Shown piece after piece: positions 1 through 13,986 of a stretch of 64,000 bases of DNA (position 1 is its first letter; each line of letters begins with the position of its first letter). Below the pieces are notes generated by a model that made no database searches, had not been told where the DNA came from, and saw only the letters and a list, made by a program, of their open reading frames with translations. This stretch comes from the human T2T-CHM13v2.0 reference genome, Homo sapiens, in the NCBI RefSeq assembly GCF_009914755.1, contig NC_060927.1; one strand, written 5' to 3'. The position numbers and the translations under genes are program-made.

Positions 1-505
1 ATTCATATTTGTCTTTTAACTTTTATTATAATATGAATTTCTTTCATTATCCCCTACCATACACATACAAACTTTTCTATTTTAGGAAGCCTTCAACAAT
101 GACCTGTTGTTGTGTTAACATTCAAAAGACAATCTTATCATATCTAAAAGTGTCACCTCAAATGCATTGCTTCTAGTAGGAAGAAATTTGCTCCTGATTT
201 TTGAGAGGTTAAATGAAGCCAGAAGGCTCCTGTGTCCTCTCATCAACCTCCCCTCCAGTCTGTTCTCTCAATCTTCCCACTGGGTGAATTAGTGCTACCT
301 ATTATGTGAGCCCTCAGATGTGGAAAAGGCAGCAGCTTCTTTCAAGCAGGAGAGGCTGGGTGAAGCTGCCCTTTAGCACAATGGGGGACAAATTGCCTAG
401 AGAAGGGGCAGTGAGTTGGGTCTGCCAGGTCTCATGGCACCCGAAGCTGAGCACAGCCCCCACCTGGAGGAAGAGAGGCTCCTGAGGATATGACAGAAGG
501 GTCAA

Positions 506-904
506 TGTATTAGCATTCCTGCTGCTATGAAAAGACATCTGAGGACTACGTAATTTATAAAGAACATACATTTGTTTCTCAAAGATCTGGAGACTGGGAT
601 GTCCAAGATCAAAGCGCTGACGAGTTCAGTGTCTGGAGTCTCTGCTTCCAAGATAACACCTTGAACTCTGTGTCCTCCAGAGAAATTGAACATTTCCCTC
701 GGATGGCAGAAGGGATGGAAAAGGGCAAAAAGAGGGTCTAGCTTATTCTCTCTAGCCCTTTTATAACGTTACTAATCCCATTCATGTGGGTTCCACCTTC
801 ATGTCTTAATTACCTTGTGAAGGGTCCATCTCTTAATACTATCACGTTGATGACTAAGTTTCAACATGAATTTTGGAAGGATCACAAACATTCACACCAT
901 AGCA
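506..904 (-). mobile_element. MaLR solo LTR, MLT1A-like
   Basis: TGTATTAG...gctgctat...gtccaagatcaaagcgc...tttcaacatgaattttgg...accatagCA matches the reverse complement of MLT1A/MST-type LTRs. Confidence 0.8.
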
Positions 905-2805
905 GTTTACATGACAAAAGAGTGGAAGGCATACAACAAGGGATGATTGGATGTAACCATGGACAAAGTTATCCTGAGTACAGCTGTGACAAAAAGGGCT
1001 CTGAGAAAAATTCAAACTGCGTGACTCTGATATGTGCAAGTATCAGAAAATTCAAACATGGTTTGAGTTTATTTAACTTGAAAAGTGATTAAATGTTGTA
1101 GAAAATTTACAGATGGCAAACCTCCAGCATTTGTATTAATCATGCAATTGTCACAGTTCCATTCCAATGGCTTTTCGTGCTGTTGTTGTTGTATAGCATT
1201 AGCTCTCTCTGGGTGCTTTTGGTGCACTTGATATTAAAATCAACTCTGAAATCATACTACCTTGGGTGATTTTAAACCTTTGTGATAGAGCATAAAATAT
1301 CTGGGAACATCAAAGTCAAGTCACACCTAAAACTTCTGCCTAAGATACTGACCACCTGCATAAAACTTTTCAGCTATATCATGTCCCTAGAAATTCAGCT
1401 TAACTACACAAATTTATTTTTTGATCAGAAAAGTGTGTGAAGTTTTATATATGAAAGTCAAGATTTTTTTGAAAGCCAAGATTTTTAAAACTTGGAAATA
1501 GATGGGTCCAAATAGTGTGGCAACCTAAAAAATCATATGCTTAAATCTTCAGATATCTACTGAAAGTCTACGTGAATATAAACAGAAGAGCTGGGAGACT
1601 GTAACAGCCCTGGTAACTAGAGAAATGGTCTCAGCCACAGGCCAGAAACTTTAAGGAAGTTTTGCAATACGGAATGCAGATAAGGCCCAGACCAAAACAC
1701 CTGATAACCCTTGGCAGTTTGATTATTTGGTGCCCTTTCAACTCCATATTCTTTAATATCTGATAAGCATTTATATATAAAGGCCATGAGGGGTTGTCTG
1801 AAAGGGGCAGGGGATTGGAGAGCTAATGAAGGGCAATATGGAGTCTTAGTCTTCCCATCTTTCAACTTGGACATGCTACTCAACAGTTAATAGGAGCTCC
1901 CGCTATGCCACGAGCTGTTGTGGTGATCTTGTTTGACCTGAGTAGGTTCCTTGTGCACTCAATCCCCACTTCAACCAGATCATCAAAGTATTCTTTCTCA
2001 ACATCCAGATTCATCTCCCCAAGGGAGATATGGGTAAATGCTGTTTTCTTTTTTATTAAATGTTTTCAGTGATATTTTTGTCCCATAATGATGTATCTCT
2101 AGCATTCTATAAAGCTTGATGACCCCCAAAATCCACCTGTGATTCAAATGACGCTAATTTGAAAGAAAAAAACTGATTTGTGCCCTACCTCCTGCCTGCA
2201 GATGGTAAGTGGAAGAATATTGAACCTAAGGCTGTCATTGTCATTCCTAATTTGTAGCAAGCATGCCTAGAACTGAGGTGGAGTGTGAGGAGGAAAGTGA
2301 GTGAGAGACATGTCAATCTCAACCGGCCCTGGGACATGCTACAGGTTTCCAAGGCTAGAGGAAGCAGGGACCAGGACGGCACATACTGTATTTGTATATG
2401 GCACCAATGGAAGTGCCACAGTTGCCTCCAGGAAAGGGCAGCATGCCAGGGAAACAGGGTTGAGCTGCCTGCCTAACTCAGGGCTACCAACACACAATGA
2501 AAGAAGGGTTCTGCAGAAAAATTTTCTGCTGCCAGATGAAGCCAAACAAACAAACAAAAACAAAAATACCTCTCTGGTCCCTTCCTCTACCTCTACTTGT
2601 GGAACAAAAGCAAAGCCTATTAATAGTAAACTTTTCCATTTTTCTCCATATTTACTAAATGATTTTTTAAATGGTCTCATAAAACCCGCCTCTAATCCCA
2701 ATGCCAAAAACCAACCAAACAAACAAAAATACCACAAATCTTTCTCTATAAGAATGAACAAGTGGCAAAACAAAGGTCAGACATTTTAAAACTATGTTTA
2801 AGTTA

Positions 2806-3359
2806 ATATTTGCAAATTATTCATCTGACAAAGGCCTAACATCCAGCATCTATAAGGAATATAAACAAATTTACAAGGGAAAAACAAACAATCCCATTAA
2901 AAAGTGGACAAAGGCCGGGCACGGTGGCTCACCCCTGTAATCCCAGCACTTTGGGAGGCCGAGGTGGGCAGATCACGAGGTCAGGAGATCGAGACCATCC
3001 TGGCTAACTTGGTGAAACCCTGTCTCTACTAAAAATACAAAAAATTAGCCGGGCGTGATGGCAGGCGCCTGTAGTCCAGCTACTCAGGGTACTGAGGCAG
3101 GAGAATCTCTTGAACCCAGTAGACAGAGGTTGCAGTGAGCAGAGATCATGCCACTGCACTCCAGCCTAGGCGACAGAGCGAGACCTCGTCTCAAAAAAAA
3201 AAAAAAGTGGACAAAGGACATGAACAGACACTTCTCAAAAAAAGACATACGTTCGTCTAACAAACATGAAAAAAAGCTCAATATCACTGATCATTAGAGA
3301 AATGCAAATCAAAACCACAATGAGATACCATCTTACACCAGTCAGATTGGCAATTATTA

Positions 3360-3391
<32 letters not shown>

Positions 3392-4062
3392 CCAGATGCT
3401 GGCAAGGTTGCAGAGATAAAAGATCACTTATATACTGTTGGTGGGAGTGCAAATTAGTTCAATCATTGCGGAAAATAGTATGGCAATTCCTCAAAGAGCT
3501 AAAAGCAGAACTACCACTCAACTCAGCAATCCTATTACTGGGTATACACCCAGAGGACTAGAAACCATTCTACCATAAAGATACATGAACGTGGATTTTC
3601 ATTGCAGCACTATTCACAATAACAAAGAAATGAAATCAACCTAAATGCCCATCAGTGTCAGAATGGATAAAGAAAATGTGGTACATATACACCATGAAAT
3701 ATTATGCAGCCATAAAAAAGAATGAAATCATGTCTTTTGTGGGAACATGGATGGAGCTGGAGGCTATCATCATTAGCAAATTAACACAGGAAAAGAAAAC
3801 CAAATACTGCATGTTCTCACTTATAAGTGGGGGCTAAATAACAAGAACTTATGAACACCAAGAAGGAAATAACAGACACTGGGGTCCACTTGAGGGGGAA
3901 GAGTGAGAGGAGGGAAAGAAGCAGAAAAGATAACTATTAGGTATTGAGCTTAATACCTGGGTGATGAAATAATATGTACAACAAACCCCAGTGACCCATG
4001 CTTATATATGTAACAAACCTTCATATGTATCATCAAACCTAAAATAAAAGTTAAAAAAATAG
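2806..4062 (+). mobile_element. 5'-truncated L1PA (about PA11-PA13) 3' end, interrupted by an Alu
   Basis: ORF2 C-terminal remnant (WIKKMWYIYTMKYYAAIKKNEIMSF), L1 3'UTR and A-rich tail. Flanked by 20-bp direct repeat aaactatgttt(a/c)a(g/a)ttaata at 2789-2808 and 4063-4082. Confidence 0.92.
2913..3201 (+). mobile_element. Alu (AluSc/Y-type) inserted in L1
   Basis: GGCCGGGCACGGTGGCTC start, gatcacgaggtcaggagatcgagaccatcctggctaac diagnostic, poly-A, TSD AAAAAGTGGACAAA at a TT/AAAA site. Confidence 0.95.
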
Positions 4063-4439
4063 AAACTATGTTTCAATTAATAAATAATTTAATGAATGGT
4101 GATTAAATTTTAATGTAAAACTAATGAATCAAAGCAAATTTATTAGTACTCTAAAAGAGATACTGTATTAAAAGTGAGAAAAACTAGAGAAAAACCTGCA
4201 ATTGGTATTCTCCCAAAATGAGAATAGAAATTAGTATAGTCATTAGATGCTATATCTGTAAAAGTCGAGCACAAGGAAAAATCAGAATTTAAAAATTTCC
4301 ATGATTATAATTGTTACATGAAAATGAGTCACAAATTAAAACTGTCATGAAGGCAATGAAAAACATTATTTAAGGCCCTGTATGACGGAGAGGCTTTTAT
4401 TTGAAGCTAACTATAATTCTTAACACACACACAGTTAAA

Positions 4440-4850
4440 AAAAATTTAAAACACCAAATAAAAATGAGCAAAGTATATCAATAGGCACATCTGCCTTCAC
4501 AAGCCCAATTAAAACTTATAATAAAATGAGGAAATACCTTATGTTCACAACGGAGTAGGGGCGAGGTTTTGGGGAATTATAACTATGCCTTACTGGTGGG
4601 ATTGTACTCTTGCTCCATATTGGTGGAGGTTATTTTGGAGAGTACACAGGAAGCATTTTACAACTTACAGAAGTTTATGCCAAGCAATTCCACTTCTAGA
4701 CGTTTCTCCTATGGAAATACATAGGTATCTGAGACAGTGTTCTGACAGCCTTTATTATAATAATAAAAACGGTAGAACTATTTGGCTAAATATCGAGGTT
4801 GGTTGCATCCATCAGAATCATTTTATGTAATTAAACTTATTCCAGCATCT
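4440..4850 (+). mobile_element. Highly decayed L1M 3' fragment
   Basis: ggtgggattgta...agcaattccacttctag...tttattataataataaaaac resemble the old L1 3' region. Confidence 0.4.
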
Positions 4851-6949
4851 TATATATAAATATATAAAGTAGATAAATTTTCAGCTGCTATGATTGCGTT
4901 AACATATAAAAGCCCAGGATATAGATGATATACATCACCAATAACACAGGTATGTATGCATATATTTCATTTTTAAACTACAGAATTGGCCTACATGCAA
5001 CTTGTTTTTATAAAATTAATATGATACCCTGCCATTTTAGCGCATCCACATTTACCACAATCCTTATTAATAGCTTTCTACTATTTCTTACAGTCTTTCA
5101 CGCAAAATTTTACGGTTGCTTGTAGTCTGATCTATTGTAATTCACCTTGTTATTTGTGCTTACTTCCATTGCTTTTTAATTTTTCACTCTCTTTCCCATC
5201 CTGAGGTCAGATTCGGTTAAAAATAGCTTAATTTTTTGACCCCTGATTCTTTTACACTTCTAGAATGTAGGGCATAATCTGAGGTTAAAATGAAGTGTGT
5301 TTCATTTGTTTGTTTAAATTAACATGTTAACCAATTTTCTTTGCAAAGTTCACTGAATTAGATATCTGTATACAAGCGTTTGTATGGGCATGTGTTAAAT
5401 AAGCCACAGATCTGGAAGTTAGAAATCTGAGTAGAGTGATATAACCTTTCAGTATTTCTTCTAGGGGACTTTAGGCACTTGTATAAGTGGTCAGAATCCT
5501 CCATCCCACATTTGTCAGATAAAAGCATCTCCTGCTTTTTGGCTTTTTTTAATGAGAAGGCCATTAAGGGCCATACATCTGTCAATGTTACATGTGATAG
5601 AACACTAAATAGCTGCATTTGACTAGAACTGTCAAAACAGGATAATGGATGGCTTATCTGGATAGATCAAATTGTGACAAGACTTTCTGTCTCCTCAGGA
5701 ACCACCTTTCTTCACTTTATTCTAAAGCCCAAAGGATGCATGAGAGTGTTAGATGAAATATAATCAGAGAAGACTGAATAAGGGAAAGTGGGCTGAGGGA
5801 AAAAATAAAGACATATTCCTAAGGATGCCTTTGATCTTCAAAAGGCAAAATGCCCTTCGGATCAGAGAGCTGCAGGACAAGGCTTGGGAAGTAGAACCCA
5901 GCACAAGCTAGCTACCACTTTTGTGAAGCCAACTGGAGTACTCTAGGTATATTCACAGCTGCCTGCATTTCATATTCTGAAAAAATTCTTCCCTAAAAAG
6001 TGGTGGTATTCTCCTTTTCATTTTTCTGTTCATTTCCAAACTCATGACTCTAACTTTGACTCCTGTGTAGCCACAGTTTCTCCCTCCGGCCACAGAGGTC
6101 ACCATCACAAGCCTGAGGTGACATGATGAGACACTATTTAGAAGTCATCCTTTTAATTGAGAGCCCTGCCACAGTCCCAGTCAGCCCTGACATCATAGGG
6201 TGTTAGGGAGGAGCTGCTTTTGAAGTAGCTGAAAGGTCATTTCTTCCCAGACAAGGCTTTCTGAAATTACAGCCTGGGAGGAAAATGGCTTCATGCCAAT
6301 TTTAATACATGTTCAAACTCAAGGTGCAGCCTCAGAGGCCCAGAAGACAGGAATAGAGAAAAAAAAAATGTGCCTTTGATGACTGTTCTTTCTTTTCCCT
6401 TTTGCCTTGTTATTTTACTTTGCTTGGGAACTGAAAAGATTTCTTATAGCTAGCCAGAGAGGAAATGGTGAATATATAGCACTGCCGTTTTTTACTTGGG
6501 TTTACGGATTTTGCTAACTTCAAGTCGAAATTATTAAATTATAGACAATGAAAGAAATAATTAAAATAATTATAGTTTTAGTGTTCGGGCAATACCTTCA
6601 AAGTTGCTAGCTTTTATTTCAATTGTTTTGCTTTTCTATTCTTTTCTTTTCTTTCTTTTTTTTTTTTTAACTTACTATGTGGCCAGGTACTGTATCTTGA
6701 AGAACAAAGAAGAAATAAGACATAGTTCCTGCTCTCTCAAATATTTCAGTCTGGTATTGTATAGGAAGGAAGTTAAACTAAGCATTTTATATGTTAGTTA
6801 AATAGAAATGTTTCCGTTATTTCAGAGTATCATCTAAAATCCTCAAATTAAGAATAATAGTGGCAAAGCAACTCCACACTTGAAAGTAAAACACTAAGCC
6901 ATCTCTGCAGCACCTGCAAATTGGGGAAGTCATAAGCTAGTTATGCCAT

Positions 6950-7555
6950 TTGTTTGGAAAATTGGAAATTGCTTTAAAAGTGAACATACACTTAACCTAT
7001 GGTCTAGCAATTTCTCTCCTGGATATTTATCTAACAAAATGAAAACATGTGCCCACATATAGACTATTATGCAAATGTTCACAGCAGCTTTGTTCCTAAT
7101 AGCCCAAAACTGAAAACTAAATATACATCAACATGTGAATGGATAAACAAACAGCGGTGTATCAGTAAAATGGAAAACTATTCAGCAATAAAAAATGAAC
7201 AAACTACTGAAAAACACAACAAAACAAAGCTAAGCAAAATAATTATCAGAAGCATTATGTTTAGGAACAGAAGGCAGACAACAAAGAATATATATCCTGT
7301 GATCTCACGTATATGAAATTCTAGACTGGGTAATCAAATGTGATACAAAGCAGATTAGTGGTTGCCTGTGGACAAGAGAATGGGGTTAAGTAGACGGGGG
7401 ATTAATTGACAGGGGCATGAGAGAAATTTTTGGAGCATGGAAATATTCTATACTGCAACTGTGGTGGTGGTTACAAGGTTGATTACTATAACTTTCAAAT
7501 GGGTACATTTCATTGGTATATAAAATGTATCTTAATAAAGTTATATTTTTAAAAA
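6950..7555 (+). mobile_element. Old L1M (MC/ME-like) 3' end
   Basis: gcaatttctctcctggatatttatc...gcaaatgttcacagcagc...gaatggataaacaaa...cagattagtggttgcc...cttaataaag. Confidence 0.75.
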
Positions 7556-8299
7556 GATAGTTATGCCAATATTAGTTCTCCAAGTTATATGAGAAAAGGC
7601 TAAGAATTCATTAGCAATTTGGAAAATTAGAAGATTCCTTTAGAGAGAGACCATTGTTGTAGAAGAAGGGGAGGTATTTCCTCTTATCATAAGCCAAGTG
7701 ATCAGAAACTTTGAGGGAACTACTCACATAACCTGATATTCCATAGAGATTGTGGAATAAAATAGCTGATATCTTATGAGTGAAATACCTGTATCTGAGA
7801 TGACGGGCAGAGTGTCCTTCTGGGCTGTAGAATTAAGAGGCACGTTTGCTCTGGGAAGAGCCTGCACTTCCAGAGTTTGATGAGTCAAGGATGTGTGTTT
7901 GCTTGCTGAAGAGCTGATGTGGATCTCATAGAGAAGAACTAAACTTGGAGTGTCTTAGAAGCAAGTCTGTCCATCAGGAGCTGCTAAAGGAGTGGGCCAT
8001 AAGAATTCAGTGGCTGGGATAGGTGTCGGTGTTAATTAGTCATCTAGAAAAAGCCACTATAAATGGAAAATACTGAGAACTGTGAGATGTAGATACCCAC
8101 AAAAATGCCCCACAGATGAGTCAAGGTTTGCTTTTGGACGTAGAAGTATTTCAGAAAGTACTAGGTTATTAATGTACCTCATAAGTAAGATGCATCTGTA
8201 CCATATCTCTTCTTCACCAATCCTGTCACCAGTGAAGAAACAAAAGTGGCACAATACAGGAAGAAGAATAGAAGAGTATGCTAGGCCATTTATGAGAAT

Positions 8300-8562
8300 C
8301 AGACTCAGAGAAGGAGATGTGATCATGGAAGCAGAGGTCAGAGTGATGAAGGGCCACAAGCCAAGGAATGCAGGCAGCCTCTTGAATCTGGAAAAGGCAA
8401 GGAAACAGACTCTTCTCCAAAGTCTCCAAAGGAACACAGTCCTGCTGGCCTATTATGGACCCCTGGCCTCCAGAACTTCAGGATAATAAAGTTGTATTGC
8501 TTTATTAATCCACTAAGTGGCTTTGTTGTAATTCACTATAGTAGCAACAAGAAATTAATACA
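8300..8562 (+). mobile_element. MLT1D-like MaLR LTR 3' part
   Basis: gaaggagatgtga...gccacaagccaaggaatgcaggcagcct...ctggaaaaggcaaggaaacaga...gaaattaataCA. Confidence 0.8.
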
Positions 8563-8564
8563 AG

Positions 8565-8667
8565 AGATAGCCTAGATTTTCTAATAATATTGCAAGTATA
8601 TGCAACACAAAAATCTAGATAACCTAGATTTTTTGATAATTTTTTTTTAAGTATATGCAACACAAAA
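8565..8667. repeat. Imperfect tandem duplication of about 50 bp
   Basis: agata(g/a)cctagatttt...aagtatatgcaacacaaaa occurs at 8565-8612 and 8617-8667. Confidence 0.8.
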
Positions 8668-8804
8668 CAGTTTTATTTAAAAAAAAAAGAGCTGTTTTAC
8701 TATTTGGGTTCCAAATTTTTGGAACAGGACATACATATTTGTTTCATGTTTCATAAATAGAAAGTTAGTTGGAAGTCTATATCCATTATGCACTTTATTA
8801 AAGA

Positions 8805-9105
8805 TGTTTTCCCTGATCTCCCTCTCTAGATCCAGTTCTCCTTCCCCCTTCCCCCATTACAGGCTCTCAATTTCTCCTTTATAGCACATTTCAGAGTCAT
8901 AATTTTGTAAATTTTTTATAAATTTTGATGAACATGCCTCTTCCACTAGAATGTAAGCCCCAGAGGGTCAGAGATCACATATAGTATTATTTTGTTTTAT
9001 TTTGCCTTGTTTTGTCTATCACTGAATCTCCAGGACTCGATGCCATGCATGTAGGAGACATTCAATACATACTTGTTGAGTAAATTAAAACTGACTGAAT
9101 AAATG
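8805..9105 (+). mobile_element. L2 3' end fragment
   Basis: ccactagaatgtaagccccagagggtcagagat...ttcaatacatacttgttgagtaaat...gaataaatg tail. Confidence 0.65.
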
Positions 9106-9759
9106 CATTCTGCATTTCCTGCCTACTGATATCTTCAGAGGAAGTGAGAAATAGATATTGTATATTGTCATTGTGTAAACTTCTGTTTGCTGTTCATGAG
9201 CTCTAAGATTCAGAAACTATTATAGAAACTATAAGGACACATTACACCAGTCAATAGAAGAACTGTGAATCTGATCAGCAGAGCCAGCCATGAGGTGGCA
9301 AGAATACAGCCCAGTGACAGCAGCTTGTCTTTGGAAGGTTCTTAATATGAGCATACTCTATCAGGAATCATTTTTTTTTTCCCTAGGATACAACACTTTT
9401 TAAAGGAACAATAATTTACTAACTTAAAATGCTAAAATGATATTAAGAGTTCATCTCAGCACTCTTTCTGGCTCAGGGCCAAAATATTAAACTCCTTCTA
9501 GGCAAGGATCCCTTATCCAAGAAATCTTAAGTGAAAGCCATTAAATAGCCTAACTCAGTAACTGTTTGTCTACCTTTGTGCCCATCATAACTTGGCTGAG
9601 CTACAAGAAAGACAATGAGAAACACATCTTTAGAGATCTGTAAGAATGTTAGAGGGAAGTTGAGGCCTAGAAATTGAAGAAAACTACTTGGGCCAAAGGG
9701 TAGCAGGTGATGTTGGTACCCTTCCTTTGTCACCTCCACATTCGTCATTCCCATGAATA

Positions 9760-10683
9760 GCTAACCAATGGCTTCCATTTGTCACTGTATTCCTAAGGGC
9801 TTTCTCTGGTCTGTGTACCCTGCTGGCACATGCACACACAAACACATGCATGCATGCACACACAAACTCACACACATACACACGCACACACACACAACAG
9901 GCCAGATAAGACAGGGAGATAAATATCTGGAGCAGCACTCAACCAGTGATTGGTGGATGTTGCTGAATAAATGCCCTAGCCCCCTTACCCCTTGGTTGGG
10001 GATAGCTGAGGCATGGTCTATGCTGTCTTCCAAAGTTCCAGCCTTCAGTTTCCCATAGCATGTGCTCCTCCTTATTGGCTTGCTTTCCTTCTACGTCTTA
10101 CTTTCATAATCCCCTACTGGTGCCTCCTGGGGTCACTGCAAGACTATGAAGGGTATCAGATTTTACTCTACTTGCAAGGTAATAATTAGCTTAGCAAAAT
10201 ATCATGGAAGCTGGTAAAAGATACAAGATTCCTGGGTCAGATACAAAGGGATGTATTACTCACAGCAATAACAGTAACCAGAGCATTAGTGCATGAGCTT
10301 GTTTCCCAAGTCCCAATCCTCACAGTGTGACACCAAGAAAACCAGGTGACACCTGCACATTCGGGTCGTGTTATGGGAGATGAACCTTCAAAGTGAGACA
10401 TCTTTACTATATTGGAAAGTAAAAAGACAAGCCAAACCAAAATAAACCAAAAGCATTCTTGTTCTGTGAAGGGAGACACTATCTCTATCTCCCAAGGTTG
10501 TTTGCTATATAAACAACCTTGAAAAGATAGTCCAGATCAAAGACAGTGGCTCTGCTCACAAGATGTATGGAAATGTGAGACTCCTGTGGAGAAATGTCTT
10601 CCAACAATCTCTTTCCAAATAAACTACTTGTGCTTAAATCCTTGTCTCAGACTCTGTTTCTGGGGGAATTCAACCAAAGAAAC
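9760..10683 (+). mobile_element. LTR16-like ERVL LTR, split by a nested LTR
   Basis: 3' end ccaaataaactacttgtgcttaaatccttgtctcagactctgtttctggggga is typical of LTR16. 5' boundary uncertain. Confidence 0.55.
10147..10606 (-). mobile_element. LTR40-like ERVL solo LTR nested in LTR16
   Basis: Minus strand starts TGTTGGAAGACATTTCTCCACAGGAGTCTCACATTTCC...CTTGTGAGCAGAG and ends ...cccttCA. Confidence 0.6.
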
Positions 10684-12084
10684 AGAGCAGGAAGTAACTT
10701 TTTAATGTCCTATAAATTGTATTATTATTATATCTCTTCTTGATCTTAGTCTCTTAGAATCCTCATCTTGAAGTTATTGCATATTTAATGACTTTGAGTC
10801 TCATGCATAATCTGAACCTCAATTTCTACTTCTGTAAGGGGAACTAATGGGTAATAGGGTGGTAACGAATATCACAGGTGATGATGCACCTAAAAATAAT
10901 TTTGAACTTGAAGCAGTATATATTGATTGGCAGATAATCATAATCTTGAACATTGTTTTACTATTATCTATGAATAAAAATTAAATCTTGGATTTTTATA
11001 TTTTTAATTTCAGAGACTTACTTTCAGTTCTACAAAAATTACCTTATCAAATTTCAGGCTAAAAAAATATGTAGGGTAATTTCTTTCTAAAATTGGAAAA
11101 TGAGCCAAATCTGCAAGGCCTCTCTCTGCCCTTTCAAAACCGTGGCTCTTGGCTGTCACTCCCATCCTTCTCCTATTTCTGCCCCAACTAGGCCTAGATA
11201 TATCATGCCAAGCCCTGGTTGTTGCAGCTCTTAAATGATCTGGACAGCCCAGATTCCAACTGAAGTAATAGTGGAACAGTCAGTCCGCATGCATGATACT
11301 TCCTCCTAGCTAGCTGTTAACAGCTTGTCAAGGCTGAGCAGGTCAGACTGGTAGACAATGACATCAATATGCCAATAGGCCCCTGCTTTCCTCCATCTGC
11401 TGTGAAAGGTGCATCAGCAGCATTTGTGTTGTGGGATGAAGAGCTCAAGGCTCACCCTAAATTCCCCTGTCTTACTCACACTTTCCTTCAGGGATCCACA
11501 TTTCTGAGACCTGAAACCTGAAGTTCAGAGCAACTTAAATCACTATCTGCCCAAACATGTTGACTTTTGCCAATATTTATTTTTCCTTCCTCCCTCCCTC
11601 CCTCCCTTCTTCCCTTCTTCTTGTTTTCCTCCCTCCTTCCCTTCTCCATCTCTCTCTTTTTAAATTCAAGTGTGTGAAAAATAAATAGATAGCAGCAACT
11701 ATGGGGGCTGGGAAAGATGATTCCGGCAGAGAAAAAGGAACCTATGGCAGGCCAATTTCCCCATCTCTCATTCTCTCATATAAATATATGATATAAGAAT
11801 ACATTATATGTATAATATATGTGTGTAATATCTTTTTTATAATAAACAGTATATTTTCTAGAATATTTTATTATTTATATGGTAATATGAATAGCACAGA
11901 TACTCACGAATACATCAGTTTATATGTAAAACATTTATAGTCAGATTTATATACTATACTAAATGACTATATTATCTAATAAATATATATTTGTTAAAAA
12001 ATACTAGAAAATTTTAGTGAAATTTATGAAGTTACAACATGGACTATAATGACTACAATTGTAGCAAGAGCAGTGGTAGCAGTC

Positions 12085-12332
12085 AATAATAACAATAATA
12101 ATAGCACTTTGAGTTCAGTTAATCTTCCTGTGACTTTCATATATTATATCATGGAATCCTAATGACAATTCTATGAAGGAAGAGTATTTTCCTCATTTAT
12201 ATAAATAAGGTAACTAAAGTTTAGAGATATAAAATAACTCAGCTCTATCAAGGTCACCTAACATGTAAGTGGTAAATATCAGATTAAAGCACAAATTTGC
12301 TTTACTCTAAAATCCTCTGCTCTTAACCACCA
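12085..12332 (-). mobile_element. MIR
   Basis: aataataatagc...atcctaatgacaattctatgaagg...aggtcacctaacatgtaagtggt...ctcttaaccac. Confidence 0.7.
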
Positions 12333-12868
12333 AATAAGGCAGTTAATAGCACCTGTCTTCCATTTTAATCTCATTTTTGGGAAGAACAGGTTTATCTGTG
12401 GTCATTTGATTTGGCGAAATTTGTGAAGTCACAAGAAGGAAAATATCAGTTCCCAGATTAAGAAATCAATAGAATTTCACCCTTTTTGAATAAAATACAA
12501 TCCACTTGGAGTTAGATTAATCTAGTAAAACATTTTTGTCTGATGTAATCATTTCTAGATATTAATGACAGAAAAGCATTTCAGAGGGCAGAAAAAGTGG
12601 CAGACCACCCACAAGAACTCTTGGATATTGCTGTACTTATCCTTAAAAGGAATTTTGATATATTCACAAAATTCTGATGAATTTGAGAGCATTCTGATGC
12701 TAATGCCCACTTGAAACCAACATCACCAACTGCACATGTTTCACATAACCAAATCAGGACAAACAGAGACAAATGCATATTCTATCAAAATCCCAATGTT
12801 CTTCTTTTACTAATTTTAAGAAATAGAATGCAATCATAAGGTGACTGTTGGAAGTGATTTTAGAAATC

Positions 12869-13152
12869 AGCCAAACACGACGGCATGTACCTATAGCCCC
12901 GTCTACTCAAGAGACTGAGGCAAGAGGATTGCTTGAGCCCAAGAGTTCAAGGCCAACTTGAGCAATGTAGTGAGATCCCCATCTCCAAAAGAAAAAAATC
13001 GTCTTACCTAGGCCACTTTTGAGACTGAGATGGGAGGATCTGTTGAGCCGGGGAGGTCGAGGCTTCACTGAGCTGTGATCACACCACAGCACTGCACTCC
13101 AGCCTGGGCAACAGAATGAGATCCTGTCTCAAAACAAACACACAAAAAGAAA
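12869..13152 (+). mobile_element. Old Alu (FLAM/AluJ-like left arm plus partial right arm)
   Basis: gaggattgcttgagcccaagagttcaaggcc and ggaggtcgaggcttcactgagctgtgatc are J-type motifs, followed by an A-rich tail. Confidence 0.85.
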
Positions 13153-13317
13153 GGGATAGACTCTTGTTTACAACAAGTGAACTAAAGATATACAAAGGCA
13201 AAGCTAATCACCTTTTCATCCATCCTTCTCTCCAATGACATTCTACTGAAAAGATCACTGGCAATGGCTGAGTATGTGTATTTTTTCATTCTTTCATCCT
13301 TAAAAGTCATAGCGAGG

Positions 13318-13452
13318 ATACATACATACATATATATATATACACACACACACACACATATATACATACACACATATATATACACATGTATATATATGTG
13401 TGTGTATATATATATATGTATGTATACTGGTGAAATATGTATACACACATAC
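13318..13452. repeat. Compound (TA)n/(CA)n/(TG)n microsatellite
   Basis: Alternating purine-pyrimidine runs seen directly. Confidence 0.95.
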
Positions 13453-13869
13453 AAATAAGTTTTTGCTTGAATTTTCACAAAATTCAAAAATACTGTTTTT
13501 CACTTCGGCAAATTAAAAAAAAAAAACACAACAGTTTATCATGGATGGACATTCATACGAGCCATTAGCTATAGATCAAACTTTTTTTTTCAATTTCTTT
13601 AGACATATATGCACATAAACTACATTTTTTAACCAAAAAAGTGTTCATAGAATAAATGTGAAAAAAATTTAAAGTATACACCTTCTCTCTTTTTCTTCTT
13701 GGTTTACTTTTCCCTTCCTATGCTTATCTCTCTCTGCTTACTTTACTCATCCCCCACACCATCCTCAAGCTGTGTTTAGGCTAATTTGTGTTAGCTTCTT
13801 ATATTCATAATCACATAAAATCTATATATGGTTATACATACATAAAAATATTATAAATATATATTTAAT

Positions 13870-13986
13870 TTAAAATAAATTTTACTGTATATATTTGAAG
13901 GTCACAACATGTTATAGGATATATGTACATAGTAAAATGGCTACTACAGTGAAACAGAATAACATATCTATCATCTCACATACTTT
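13870..13986 (-). mobile_element. L1MA-like 3' terminal fragment
   Basis: tgtatatatttgaaggtcacaacatg...agtaaaatggctactacagtg...aacatatctatcatctcaca. Confidence 0.6.

Noticed and set aside
2301-2789. Longest ORFs (162 aa on plus, overlapping 144 aa on minus)
   Set aside because: No recognisable domain, low-complexity A/C-rich stretches (KQTNKNKN), no splice or codon evidence. Expected by chance.
3366-3390. 25-nt poly-A inside L1 as a separate retro-insertion
   Set aside because: Lies at a natively A-rich L1 position with no TSD. Best explained as homopolymer expansion.
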